Origin: an uncultured Bacteroidales bacterium
GTDB taxonomy: Bacteria; Bacteroidota; Bacteroidia; Bacteroidales; FEN-979
Reading direction: 5' to 3'
NCBI GenBank assembly: GCA_963768805.1
Contig: CAVYJI010000010.1
Coordinates: 163,947 to 227,946 of the forward strand
Length of the DNA: 64,000 bases
In this document: in pieces, positions 49,429 through 59,017 of the stretch
Layout of the letters: the number at the start of each line of letters is the position of its first letter
Numbering within the stretch: position 1 is the stretch's first letter
The notes under the pieces: model-generated
The model's input: only the letters and a program-made list of their open reading frames with translations
The model's database searches: none
What the model was told of the DNA's origin: nothing
Position numbers and translations under genes: made by a program

Positions 49429-50448
49429 ATGGAAAACAACAAAATTATGATAGATTATAAACACCGCCAGGCTGGTCATTGCGAAAGCGGTGCTACTTCA
49501 AATCTTTTTAACTTTTATGGTGTCGAAATGTCAGAACCGATGGCGTTCGGGATTGGGAACGGGTTGTATTTCAGCTACCTCCCCTTTCTGAAACTTCAGT
49601 TTGCCCCGATGATTTCATTTCGTAACCTGCCTAATACGGTATTTCACCGGTCGATGAAGTACCTGGGCGTGGATGCCACCGTGATCAAGAATTTCAAGGA
49701 ACCAAAGGAGTCGATGGCTGTGCTTGACCAGAACCTTGAAAAAGGAATTCCAACCGGCATGCAGGTTGGCGTTTTCAACCTGACCTTTTTCCCTCCTGAA
49801 TACCGGATGCATTACAATATGCATAACATTGTAGCTTTTGGCAAAGAAGGCAACGATTACTGGGTCAGTGATACCGTGATGGAATTTCCACAGCGGATCT
49901 CTTTTGAAGATCTTCAGAGGGTGCGTTGGGCAAAAGGAGCCTTTGCTCCCAAAGGAAAGATGTACTGGATCAATAATGTAAAAAAAGAGCTGGATATCAA
50001 GTCGGCAGTTGAAAAAGGGATAAAGAAGACGGTATATGAAATGATCAAGGTCCCCTTTCCCCTTATCGGAGTCAAAGGGATCCATTGGCTTGCAAAGGAC
50101 CTGAAGAAATGGCCGAAGAAGCATGGTAATGAAACTGCATCTTTTTACCTTGGTCAGATCATACGCATGTCGGAAGATTTCGGGACAGGCGGGGCCGGAT
50201 TCAGGTATATTTATGGGGCATTTCTTAAAGAAGCAGGAGAAAAATTCAACAACCCTGATCTGACCGCTGCTTCAGTCATGATGGGCAATGCTGCCAATCG
50301 TTGGAGGGAATTTACTTATATTGGTGCCCGCAATTGCAAGAATCGGTCAAAGCCTGAAGAAGATTACGGAAAACTCAGCAATATGCTGCATGAGATTGCA
50401 GATATGGAAAAAGATGTCTACGTAAAACTGGATAAAATAAAGTTCTAA
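49429..50448 (+). CDS. BtrH N-terminal domain / DUF4872 protein (papain-like fold)
   Basis: HCESG, SEPMAFGIG, HNIV and GTGGAGFRYIY motifs. Confidence 0.82.
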   Translation: MENNKIMIDYKHRQAGHCESGATSNLFNFYGVEMSEPMAFGIGNGLYFSYLPFLKLQFAPMISFRNLPNTVFHRSMKYLGVDATVIKNFKEPKESMAVLDQNLEKGIPTGMQVGVFNLTFFPPEYRMHYNMHNIVAFGKEGNDYWVSDTVMEFPQRISFEDLQRVRWAKGAFAPKGKMYWINNVKKELDIKSAVEKGIKKTVYEMIKVPFPLIGVKGIHWLAKDLKKWPKKHGNETASFYLGQIIRMSEDFGTGGAGFRYIYGAFLKEAGEKFNNPDLTAASVMMGNAANRWREFTYIGARNCKNRSKPEEDYGKLSNMLHEIADMEKDVYVKLDKIKF

Positions 50449-51201
50449 ATGGCTGAAGATCCCATTATTGAAATTAAAAAACTCAGTAAAAGATACAAAG
50501 GGTCGGATGAACCTGCCTTAGATAATATTACGCTGGATATTTATCCTTTTGAAATATTTGGTCTTCTCGGGCCAAACGGAGCAGGAAAGACCACTACGAT
50601 CTCTATCCTATGCGGCTTATTCAAACCGACTTCAGGAAATGTTGTTATTGACGGTTTCAATCTCAGCAGCGAACTCGAACAGATCAAGCAGGTGATCGGC
50701 GTGGTACCCCAGGATATTGCCCTCTACCCTACCCTTACTGCCCTGGAGAATCTTACATTTTTTGGAAATATGTATGGCCTTAGGGGCAGAGCACTGAAAG
50801 ATCTGATCATGGATCGCTTAGCTGCATTCGGTCTTGAAAGGTTTGCCAGGAAAAAGATCTCTACTTTTTCAGGTGGAATGAAACGCAGGGTTAACCTACT
50901 AGCAGGATTACTACATAGCCCAAAGATATTGTTCCTGGATGAGCCTACGGTGGGCATAGATGTTCAGTCAAAGATCGTCATCCTTGATTTTCTGCATAAA
51001 ATAAACAAGAAAGGGACCACTATCATCTATACCTCTCATTATATGGAAGAAGCGGAGAACCTCTGCACCCGCGTGTCCATCCTGGATCGTGGAAAGATCA
51101 TCTCAACCGGTAACCCTAAGGAACTGGTGGCTGATCACCCTGAATTCAAAAATCTCGAGAACCTCTTCCTGGCTTTAACGGGAAAAGAGTTAAGGGATTA
51201 A
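50449..51201 (+). CDS. ABC transporter ATP-binding protein
   Basis: GPNGAGKTT, FSGGMKRR, LDEPTVG and SHYMEE motifs. Confidence 0.93.
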   Translation: MAEDPIIEIKKLSKRYKGSDEPALDNITLDIYPFEIFGLLGPNGAGKTTTISILCGLFKPTSGNVVIDGFNLSSELEQIKQVIGVVPQDIALYPTLTALENLTFFGNMYGLRGRALKDLIMDRLAAFGLERFARKKISTFSGGMKRRVNLLAGLLHSPKILFLDEPTVGIDVQSKIVILDFLHKINKKGTTIIYTSHYMEEAENLCTRVSILDRGKIISTGNPKELVADHPEFKNLENLFLALTGKELRD

Positions 51202-51250
51202 AGCATATACAGAGTACCTCGTAAAAACTTAATTCGCACTGTCGAACCGG

Positions 51251-52552
51251 ATGTTTAAATTTATCTCAGCTGTCAGGAAAGAGTACCTTTTATTGCTTAG
51301 GGATAAAGCAGGAATTACCATTCTTTTCCTGATGCCAATGGTATTGATAGTAATCATGTCACTTATGCAGGAGGTCGGTTGGGATGCCATTGCAAAGGAA
51401 CCCAATGTTCATGTCCTGTTTGTAAACAATGACGCTGACAGTCTAGGGATCAACATGGAAAAAGGGCTTCGTTCATCCGGCTTCTTTGATGTGATCGATT
51501 CAGTAAATCATGTCCCGGTAACACAAGAATCGGCCAGGGCTGCGGTGAAAAAAGGCGATTACCTGATCGCTATTGTGGTCCCAAAGGGTATCACGCAAAC
51601 GATGAGGGCCAATGTGCGTGTGGCCGTTGCAAAGACACTGGCCGGCTTTGGAATGTTCAATCCGATGCTTTTGAACAATATAGTCCAGAAAGAAGTTGAC
51701 ACTGTTACTTTATTCTTCGACCCGACTATCAGGAAAGCCTTTAAAAATGCAGTTGTCAGTTCAATCAAGGAGTTCAATTACCAGAGTGAGACTGGAATGG
51801 TATTCAGGTCATTCAACACTGAGATGGCAAAACAATTCCCGGCATATAAGCCGCCGGATATTGAATACAGGGAAGTTCTCCGGTTCAAGGAAGTTTTCCC
51901 TAATTACAAGCAGGAGGAAGAGATCCCTACTACGGTTCAGCACAATGTCCCTGCATGGGCAATCTTCGCAATGTTCTTTATTATTATCCCGCTTACGGGG
52001 AGCATGATCAAAGAACGTGAAGAAGGAAGCCTGTCACGTCTGATGGCGATGCCTGTTTCTTATATTAAACTTCTTCTGGCAAGGGTTGCAATCTATTTTG
52101 TAGTATGCCTGGTACAATCCCTCCTGATGATTTTTTCAGGGATCTTCATCCTGCCGCTCTTTCATATTCCCATGCTGATAATCGGCAATCATATTCCTGA
52201 ACTGGCCGTTATGATCATTGTCACTGCGCTTGCAGCACTAGGTTATGGCCTGCTTGTAGGAACAATTGCAAATACCCACCAGCAGGCAGCCGCTTTCGGG
52301 GCAGTTTCGATTATCATCCTTGCCGCTATGGGAGGCTTATGGGTGCCTGTTTACCTGATGCCGACGGTAATGCGTCACATAGCTGTATTCAGTCCTCTTA
52401 ATTGGGCCATAAGTGGTTTTTACAATATCTTCCTGCGACATGGAGGATTTGCCACTATCCTTAATCCTGCCATCAAATTGCTGATATTTTTTCTCATATC
52501 GGTCTTTATTACTTACCTATACAGGAGAATTAAAAGCCCACTCAATATATAA
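51251..52552 (+). CDS. ABC-2 transporter permease
   Basis: KEYLLLLRD, a large periplasmic loop, QHNVPAW, GGLWVP and SPLNW; about 6 TM helices. Confidence 0.9.
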   Translation: MFKFISAVRKEYLLLLRDKAGITILFLMPMVLIVIMSLMQEVGWDAIAKEPNVHVLFVNNDADSLGINMEKGLRSSGFFDVIDSVNHVPVTQESARAAVKKGDYLIAIVVPKGITQTMRANVRVAVAKTLAGFGMFNPMLLNNIVQKEVDTVTLFFDPTIRKAFKNAVVSSIKEFNYQSETGMVFRSFNTEMAKQFPAYKPPDIEYREVLRFKEVFPNYKQEEEIPTTVQHNVPAWAIFAMFFIIIPLTGSMIKEREEGSLSRLMAMPVSYIKLLLARVAIYFVVCLVQSLLMIFSGIFILPLFHIPMLIIGNHIPELAVMIIVTALAALGYGLLVGTIANTHQQAAAFGAVSIIILAAMGGLWVPVYLMPTVMRHIAVFSPLNWAISGFYNIFLRHGGFATILNPAIKLLIFFLISVFITYLYRRIKSPLNI

Positions 52553-52553
52553 T

Positions 52554-52970
52554 ATGGAACTCATCGACCGGAAAGAAGTTACAGTAAGATTCGGAGAAGT
52601 CGATTCCATGTCAATCGTATGGCATGGAAATTATCTTAAGTACTTTGAAGATGGCCGGGAATCCTTCGGTGCAAAATATAACCTTGGTTACCTGGATGTT
52701 CACAGGCATAATGTCATGATTCCTATTGTCAAAGTGACTTGTGATTTTAAAAAGCCCCTGGTCTATGGCGATGCTGCCATTATCGAGACAAGGTTCATTA
52801 ACACGGAAGCTGCAAAGATCCTTTTTGAATATTCGGTATACAGGAAAAGTGATCTGGAGCTAATGGCTACAGGCACTTCAATGCAGGTCTTCCTGACACC
52901 GGAAAAAGAGTTGTTGCTCACGGCGCCGGAATTTTTTATTGGCTGGAAGAAAAAATGGGGACTTTTGTGA
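52554..52970 (+). CDS. Acyl-CoA/ACP thioesterase (4HBT family)
   Basis: VRFGEVDSMSIVWHGNYLKYFEDGRE. Confidence 0.9.
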   Translation: MELIDRKEVTVRFGEVDSMSIVWHGNYLKYFEDGRESFGAKYNLGYLDVHRHNVMIPIVKVTCDFKKPLVYGDAAIIETRFINTEAAKILFEYSVYRKSDLELMATGTSMQVFLTPEKELLLTAPEFFIGWKKKWGLL

Positions 52971-52981
52971 ATGATAAGATA

Positions 52982-54148
52982 ATGAAGAACATCTATATAG
53001 CAGGAGATAATATTGTTAATTCCCTCGGTTTTTCCACCACAGAAGTAATCAGAAAGGTGGAATCCGGCAGGACAGGATTAGATAAGAACGATGACCGTTC
53101 GCTGACATCTGCAGCTTTGCCTCTCTCTCTCGTAGATACTGAATTATTGACCTCAAAGTTCGGTGAGGTATTAGGCAAACGCCACCCGGATATGAATGAA
53201 AATGAATTTACCCGCCTGGAAAAGATGTTCATCGTTTCTATCGATCGTGCCTTAGAAAAAACAGAAAAAGATATTTATGGAGACAATTCCCTCCTTATAA
53301 TATCCAGTACCAAAGGTAATATCGATCTGCTTGAAGCAGGGAAAAGTGAATTTGCGGATCCTGAACGGATCTACCTTTGGAAGATGGCCGACCTGATCGG
53401 GTCATTCTTCAGGTTTGCCAACAGGCCTGTGGTGGTCTCGAATGCCTGTATCTCAGGTATCCTTGCATTGAGCATTGCAGCGAGGATGATCGATGCGGGG
53501 TTGTATGATCATGTTGTAATAGCAGGAGGTGACTTGCTTTCAGAATTTGTCATTTCAGGATTTCTCTCATTCCAGGCCCTAAGTCCCGAACCTTGCAGGC
53601 CGTTTGATATTGCCAGGAATGGTCTCTCACTTGGGGAAGGATGTGGCACACTGGTACTTTCATCCATATTAAAAAAATCGACTTTAATAACAGTTTCAGG
53701 ATCAGCTATCACCAATGATGCCAATCACATATCAGGGCCTTCGCTTACTGGGGAAGAGCTTGCCTTGGCCATGATGCGGTCTATGAATGAAGCATTATTA
53801 AATCCGGATGAAATAGATTTCATTTCCGCCCATGGAACAGCTACCCTTTACAATGATGAGATGGAGTCAAAAGCAATTAAAATTGCCGGTTTGCAACCAG
53901 TCCCTGTAAACAGTTTCAAAGGCTATTGGGGACATACGCTGGGAGCAGCAGGTGTGATTGAATCTATTGCGACGATCCGCTCAATGGAGGACAATCTGTT
54001 ATTCAGTTCTGCCGGATATGATGAACCTGGTACGCCTGTTCTCCTGAACGTGGTCAGGAAAAATACCAGGGTAGAATTGCAGAACTGTCTTAAAACCGCA
54101 TCCGGATTTGGCGGGTGCAATGCAGCAATGGTTTTCCATAAGATATAA
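52982..54148 (+). CDS. Beta-ketoacyl synthase
   Basis: SNACISG, SAHGTAT, GHTLGAAG and SGFGG motifs. Confidence 0.9.
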   Translation: MKNIYIAGDNIVNSLGFSTTEVIRKVESGRTGLDKNDDRSLTSAALPLSLVDTELLTSKFGEVLGKRHPDMNENEFTRLEKMFIVSIDRALEKTEKDIYGDNSLLIISSTKGNIDLLEAGKSEFADPERIYLWKMADLIGSFFRFANRPVVVSNACISGILALSIAARMIDAGLYDHVVIAGGDLLSEFVISGFLSFQALSPEPCRPFDIARNGLSLGEGCGTLVLSSILKKSTLITVSGSAITNDANHISGPSLTGEELALAMMRSMNEALLNPDEIDFISAHGTATLYNDEMESKAIKIAGLQPVPVNSFKGYWGHTLGAAGVIESIATIRSMEDNLLFSSAGYDEPGTPVLLNVVRKNTRVELQNCLKTASGFGGCNAAMVFHKI

Positions 54149-54161
54149 TCGTTAAAAAAGA

Positions 54162-54821
54162 ATGGCCGAATCCTGTTACATAACTCATTCGAACATCATC
54201 CGCAAGAATGCAGTAATACGGAATGATAAAGTCGAGCCAATCAATGAAATTTTTGTTAATTTTGGAGCCTTCATTAAAACACTTTATAAAAAGGAAATGA
54301 TCAGTTATCCTAAGTTTTATAAGATGGATAATCTGAGCAAATTGGGGTTCCTGGGTGCTGAGATGCTTTTTAATGAGGCTTCGTTCTTTGACCGGTACAG
54401 AAAAGAAGATATTGGTATTTTGATCATGAATTCAAGTTCGAGCCTGGATACTGATCTGTCCTATAACGAAACGATCAAAGATAAATCCAATTATTATCCA
54501 AGCCCTTCTCTTTTTGTATATACACTGGCCAATATTGTGATAGGAGAAATCTGTATCAGGCATAAGATCAAAGGCGAAAATGCATTTTTCGTTTCTGATC
54601 ATTTTGAACCGGCAAAGATCAAAGAACTGGTAAGTTTAATGCTCGACAAAGATCATGCACAGGTTTGTCTTTGCGGATGGGTTGAAGTCCTGAAAGATGA
54701 ATTCGAATCGGTGCTTTTCCTTGTCGAAAAAGAAAAAAACATATTAGAACATCTTTTTAGGGGTGAATATTTACCTTTTAACATTGAGAGTCTGACACAA
54801 TTGTATCAAAACAACCAATAA
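54162..54821 (+). CDS. Truncated KS N-terminal-domain / chain-length-factor-like protein
   Basis: YPKFYKMDNLSKLG and PSPSLFVYTLANIVIGEI motifs; no recognisable catalytic triad. Confidence 0.8.
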   Translation: MAESCYITHSNIIRKNAVIRNDKVEPINEIFVNFGAFIKTLYKKEMISYPKFYKMDNLSKLGFLGAEMLFNEASFFDRYRKEDIGILIMNSSSSLDTDLSYNETIKDKSNYYPSPSLFVYTLANIVIGEICIRHKIKGENAFFVSDHFEPAKIKELVSLMLDKDHAQVCLCGWVEVLKDEFESVLFLVEKEKNILEHLFRGEYLPFNIESLTQLYQNNQ

Positions 54822-54826
54822 AACCT

Positions 54827-55084
54827 ATGGACGAACTGATTGATAAACTGAAGCAAGAAGTCATACAACAGTTGAACCTTGAAGATATTTCAGCTGCGGA
54901 TATTGATCCGGATTCCCCATTGTTCGGGGAGGGGCTTGGGCTGGATTCGATCGATGCCCTTGAACTTATCGTTCTACTGGAAAAGAATTACGGGATTAAG
55001 ATAGAAGACCCCAAAGACGGGAAAAAAATATTTTACTCCATCCGCACAATGGCTGAGTTTATTACAGAGCATAAAAAAACCTGA
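54827..55084 (+). CDS. Acyl carrier protein
   Basis: LFGEGLGLDSIDALE. Confidence 0.93.
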   Translation: MDELIDKLKQEVIQQLNLEDISAADIDPDSPLFGEGLGLDSIDALELIVLLEKNYGIKIEDPKDGKKIFYSIRTMAEFITEHKKT

Positions 55085-55087
55085 TAA

Positions 55088-56290
55088 ATGGCGCGACGGA
55101 TCTTTGTTACCGGATTAGGTATCATCACCGGCATCGGCAATGATCTCGCAGAAACCAAAGATTCCCTTTTTCATTTAAGGTCGGGTATTGGAAAGATCCG
55201 ATTCCTGGAAACCAATCTCAGGGATGAGATCCCTGTTTCTGAGGTAAAGTGCTCACTTGAGGAATGTTTTCATCTTGCAGGGATCCCCGTGACCGAAGGA
55301 TATTCACGCAATGCTTTACTGGGAATCATAGCTTCCAAACAAGCTTTTCAGGATGCCCGAATTGGGGATCTCCCCAACAGGCGTACCGGACTCATTTCTG
55401 CGACGACAGTAGGCGGAATGGATCGCTGTGAATTATTTTACCAGGATTTCCTGGCGAATGACAATAAGAACATTTATATTGACTCCTACGATTGTGCAGA
55501 CAGTACTGAAAAGATAGCAGATCTGCTAAAAATCAAAGATTATATAACCACTATAAGCACGGCTTGTTCCTCCTCTGCCAATGCCATCCAACTCGGAGCA
55601 CGAATGATCAGGAACGGCGATCTTGACCGGGTTGTTGCAGGGGGTACAGAGACCCTTACCAAATTTCATCTTGATGGCTTTAATTCATTGAAGATACTGG
55701 ATAAGGAACTTTGCAAACCTTTCGATGAGAAGAGGAATGGAATTAACCTTGGGGAAGGCGCAGCATATATTGTTCTTGAATCTGAAGAATCGGTGGATCA
55801 TTCCGGTGAAAGTGTGATCTGTGAACTTACCGGCTGGGGGAATTCCTGTGAGGCGTTCCATCAGACTGCATCATCTCCGGATGGGATCGGCGCATATCTT
55901 GCCATGAAAAAAGCACTTGAAATGAGTGGGTTAAATGCAGAAGATATCCATTATATCAATGCACATGGAACAGGGACTGACAACAATGATGTTTCAGAGG
56001 GAACAGCAATAGAGAGACTCTTCAGTAACCGGATACCACCTGTCAGTTCTACAAAACCTTATACCGGTCATACAACAAGCGCTGCCGGTGCAACAGAAGC
56101 CATAATCTCTATACTTTGCCTGCTTGAACAGGTAATCTGGCCAAATCTGAATTTTTCAGAACCAATGAAGGAACTTAATTTCATTCCTGTCAAAAAACTA
56201 ATGACAGGGCTAAAGGTCGGCAATGTAATGACCAACTCATTTGGGTTTGGGGGGAATGATACAAGCTTGATCTTTTCGAGGGTTAAATAA
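55088..56290 (+). CDS. Beta-ketoacyl-ACP synthase (aryl-polyene-type KS)
   Basis: STACSSSAN, NAHGTGT, GHTTSAAG and SFGFGG motifs. Confidence 0.92.
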   Translation: MARRIFVTGLGIITGIGNDLAETKDSLFHLRSGIGKIRFLETNLRDEIPVSEVKCSLEECFHLAGIPVTEGYSRNALLGIIASKQAFQDARIGDLPNRRTGLISATTVGGMDRCELFYQDFLANDNKNIYIDSYDCADSTEKIADLLKIKDYITTISTACSSSANAIQLGARMIRNGDLDRVVAGGTETLTKFHLDGFNSLKILDKELCKPFDEKRNGINLGEGAAYIVLESEESVDHSGESVICELTGWGNSCEAFHQTASSPDGIGAYLAMKKALEMSGLNAEDIHYINAHGTGTDNNDVSEGTAIERLFSNRIPPVSSTKPYTGHTTSAAGATEAIISILCLLEQVIWPNLNFSEPMKELNFIPVKKLMTGLKVGNVMTNSFGFGGNDTSLIFSRVK

Positions 56291-56319
56291 TGGTAACCAA
56301 TTCATCAGGCAAATAACAG

Positions 56320-57381
56320 ATGTCAGCTTACATTAACGGTATCGGAATCATCTCTCCTCAGAAAACTGCGGAAGCGAATGATTTCCTTACAGAGATCATG
56401 GAATACGATGCTGATTACCTGAAGTGTATCGAACCTGTAAGTTATAAAGCCTATATTGACCCGATCCAGTCGCGGCGAATGAGCAGGCTGATCAAGATTG
56501 GCATTGCATCGGCAAAAATGTGCCTGAATGAGGCCGGGAGTGCCATGCCCGATGCTATTATAACTGGCACAGGGCTTGGAAGCGTAGAAGATACTGAGAG
56601 AATTCTTGGAACTATCCACCATGACCAGCCGTTCCTTAACCCTACTCCATTCATGCAATCGACCTATAACACGATAAGCTCACAGATCGCTATTCAGTTG
56701 AAATGCCATAATTATAATTCAACTTACGTTCACCGTACCTTTTCTTTTGAAAGCTGTCTCCAGGACGCATTGTTGCAGATCGCCGAAGGAACAGCAAAGG
56801 ATGTTCTTGCCGGGGGAATTGATGAGATGACCCTGAACCATCTTACCATCACAAGACGCCCTGGTCACTGGAAAAAAACGCAAGTCAGGAACCTTGAGAT
56901 GCTGAAATGGAATTCACCGGGGGCACTGGCAGGTGAAGGTGCAGGTTATTTCCTGCTTTCAGCAGAGAAAAATGACAGATCATATGCCTGCCTAAGAGCC
57001 GTAAAAACCCTTTATAAACCAGCAATTCCTGATGAACTCCTGCTTCGCCTGACCAGCATGCTTTCAGCATCCGGTCTGACTGCTCCTGATATTGACCTGT
57101 TGATATTGGGTATCAATGGCGATAACCGTTATGATCACTTCTATTATGAGTTGGCAGGGACGCTTTTCCCGTCCACCTGCATCGCTTATTTCAAACACCT
57201 CTGTGGTGAGTACCATACTGCTACCAGCTTTGCACTATGGCTAGCCGCAAATATCCTGAAAAGACAGACAATTCCTGCAATCATCAACATTAACAACCCA
57301 CTTCTTGGACCCGTCAGGAATATTTTAATCTACAACCAGTATTATAATGTGAATCATTCTTTTATCCTGATATCTCAATAA
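56320..57381 (+). CDS. Beta-ketoacyl synthase chain length factor
   Basis: RRMSRLIK, PTPFMQSTYN, GEGA and KHLCGEY motifs; catalytic-Cys motif not seen; follows the KS. Confidence 0.85.
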   Translation: MSAYINGIGIISPQKTAEANDFLTEIMEYDADYLKCIEPVSYKAYIDPIQSRRMSRLIKIGIASAKMCLNEAGSAMPDAIITGTGLGSVEDTERILGTIHHDQPFLNPTPFMQSTYNTISSQIAIQLKCHNYNSTYVHRTFSFESCLQDALLQIAEGTAKDVLAGGIDEMTLNHLTITRRPGHWKKTQVRNLEMLKWNSPGALAGEGAGYFLLSAEKNDRSYACLRAVKTLYKPAIPDELLLRLTSMLSASGLTAPDIDLLILGINGDNRYDHFYYELAGTLFPSTCIAYFKHLCGEYHTATSFALWLAANILKRQTIPAIININNPLLGPVRNILIYNQYYNVNHSFILISQ

Positions 57382-57435
57382 TTGCATGAATTTATCTTGA
57401 GATTGCAGATCGGGGGGAAGAACCAGTTGTGTATG

Positions 57436-58317
57436 TTATTTCCAGAAATTATAATAATTATGCCACTGCAGCGGATATTTTCGAGTTATCCTTTCAAGTT
57501 CAGCAACATACTCTTTTACAGAGTCAATCACCACGGCTGAACGTTCCATTGGATTTTTAGCAGGTGGAATGATCTTTAAAGGAGTGGCATAAAACCTATA
57601 TTTTCTGCGTGATTCTTTTAGAGCAAAAACATAAGAAACCGGAACATTGAAATAAGATGCCATATGCCATGGGCCTAACGGAAAAAGAGCAGGCTCACCT
57701 AAAAAATCAATTTTAACTGTTTGATTTCCATCTATAAACCTGTCGCCAAGAAAAGATACTAGTTCTTTATTCTCCAGGGCTTGTTTTATTTCAAACAAAT
57801 GTGAGAAGTCATTACCAATTTTGATAAAGTAAACATTCCGGTCGGTTATAACATCGGAAATGTACTCACTAATAGCTTGCCATTCAGCATCTATAATAAC
57901 CAAACTGATTTTCTTATCAAGAAAGTCGAGTGCTTTTCCTCCCACTTCCCAATTCCCGATATGACCGCTGATAAGTATACCTCCATCTCTCATTCGCAAC
58001 AAATCCTCTTTTCCTTCAAGGATAAAGTCGAATTTGTCCTTCAAGCCGGCCAGTACGGCGGTCCTGTCAATCAATCCCTGGCCCAACAGATAGTAATTCC
58101 TATAAATGCTTACGATTGATTTAACACGGTTATGTCCAAGACGTCCATGGAAAAAGTAAAATAATGATCCGAATGTCTTTTTAGATGTAAAAACAAAATA
58201 AGCAGAAACAAAAATTAACAGGAAATAGGCAAAATCAATTCCCAGGTGCATTATGGTCCAGACAAATATCCTGTATCCAAGAACGCTTCCTCTGCTTTTG
58301 CCTTCCCAGGTGGCCAT
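57436..58317 (-). CDS. Stand-alone LpxL-like acyltransferase (paralog of the N-domain of 46229)
   Basis: WEGKSRGS, GHIGNWE, LGDRF and YPLQWHNYYNFW motifs. Confidence 0.88.
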   Translation of the reverse strand: MATWEGKSRGSVLGYRIFVWTIMHLGIDFAYFLLIFVSAYFVFTSKKTFGSLFYFFHGRLGHNRVKSIVSIYRNYYLLGQGLIDRTAVLAGLKDKFDFILEGKEDLLRMRDGGILISGHIGNWEVGGKALDFLDKKISLVIIDAEWQAISEYISDVITDRNVYFIKIGNDFSHLFEIKQALENKELVSFLGDRFIDGNQTVKIDFLGEPALFPLGPWHMASYFNVPVSYVFALKESRRKYRFYATPLKIIPPAKNPMERSAVVIDSVKEYVAELERITRKYPLQWHNYYNFWK

Positions 58318-58393
58318 AATAATTAAAAAGGATTAGAATTTAATATAACAGATTGATGGTTATCACGACAATATCCGGAATTATAATATATTA

Positions 58394-58921
58394 TCAGACT
58401 TCCCCTTTCCCGGAAGAGAACCTGGGAAGCCAGCCTGGCACTTCCTGACAATATTCTTTCCAGCTCTCACCAAAACGACGCTCAAGCTGCGGCTCTTCAT
58501 AATTAGTCACGATTAAGTATATAATCCTGATCATAGCGATCAGCCATACCAGGAGAATAAAGTGGCCAAATGTGAGAATCTCACCAAAAACTATAATGAA
58601 CAATGCCCACATCATAGGGTTCCGCACATAACCATAAATATTGCGAGTCAGCATCTTTTTAGGTGCAGAAGTAACTAGAAAAGTTCCTTTTCCATACATG
58701 AACATCAACACCGCGCACCAGATGGCCAGGGCAGTACCCAACCACATAATAATTATCCCGGCAATTTCAACCCCGGGCACCCCAAAACCATCTTCAGTTT
58801 TTATCTTAATGACTTTCATTAAAAACTGAGGTATGATATAAAGTATGCAAAAGGGACCAACAAATCCATATAATGCTCCATCAATAACATGGATAAGGAA
58901 TCTAAGGATATGTTTAAGCAT
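58394..58921 (-). CDS. Isoprenylcysteine carboxyl methyltransferase / PEMT-family membrane protein
   Basis: TM helices; GKGT, IYGYVRNPM and EEPQLERRFGESWKEYCQEVPGWLPR motifs. Confidence 0.85.
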   Translation of the reverse strand: MLKHILRFLIHVIDGALYGFVGPFCILYIIPQFLMKVIKIKTEDGFGVPGVEIAGIIIMWLGTALAIWCAVLMFMYGKGTFLVTSAPKKMLTRNIYGYVRNPMMWALFIIVFGEILTFGHFILLVWLIAMIRIIYLIVTNYEEPQLERRFGESWKEYCQEVPGWLPRFSSGKGEV

Positions 58922-59017
58922 AAGGCACGGCTGTTAATATTTGTAAGTATTTCTCTGTAACTTTTGAATTCTCTACGAAATTATGACTTTTTGAAAAACA
59001 TCTCACCGATATTTGTG

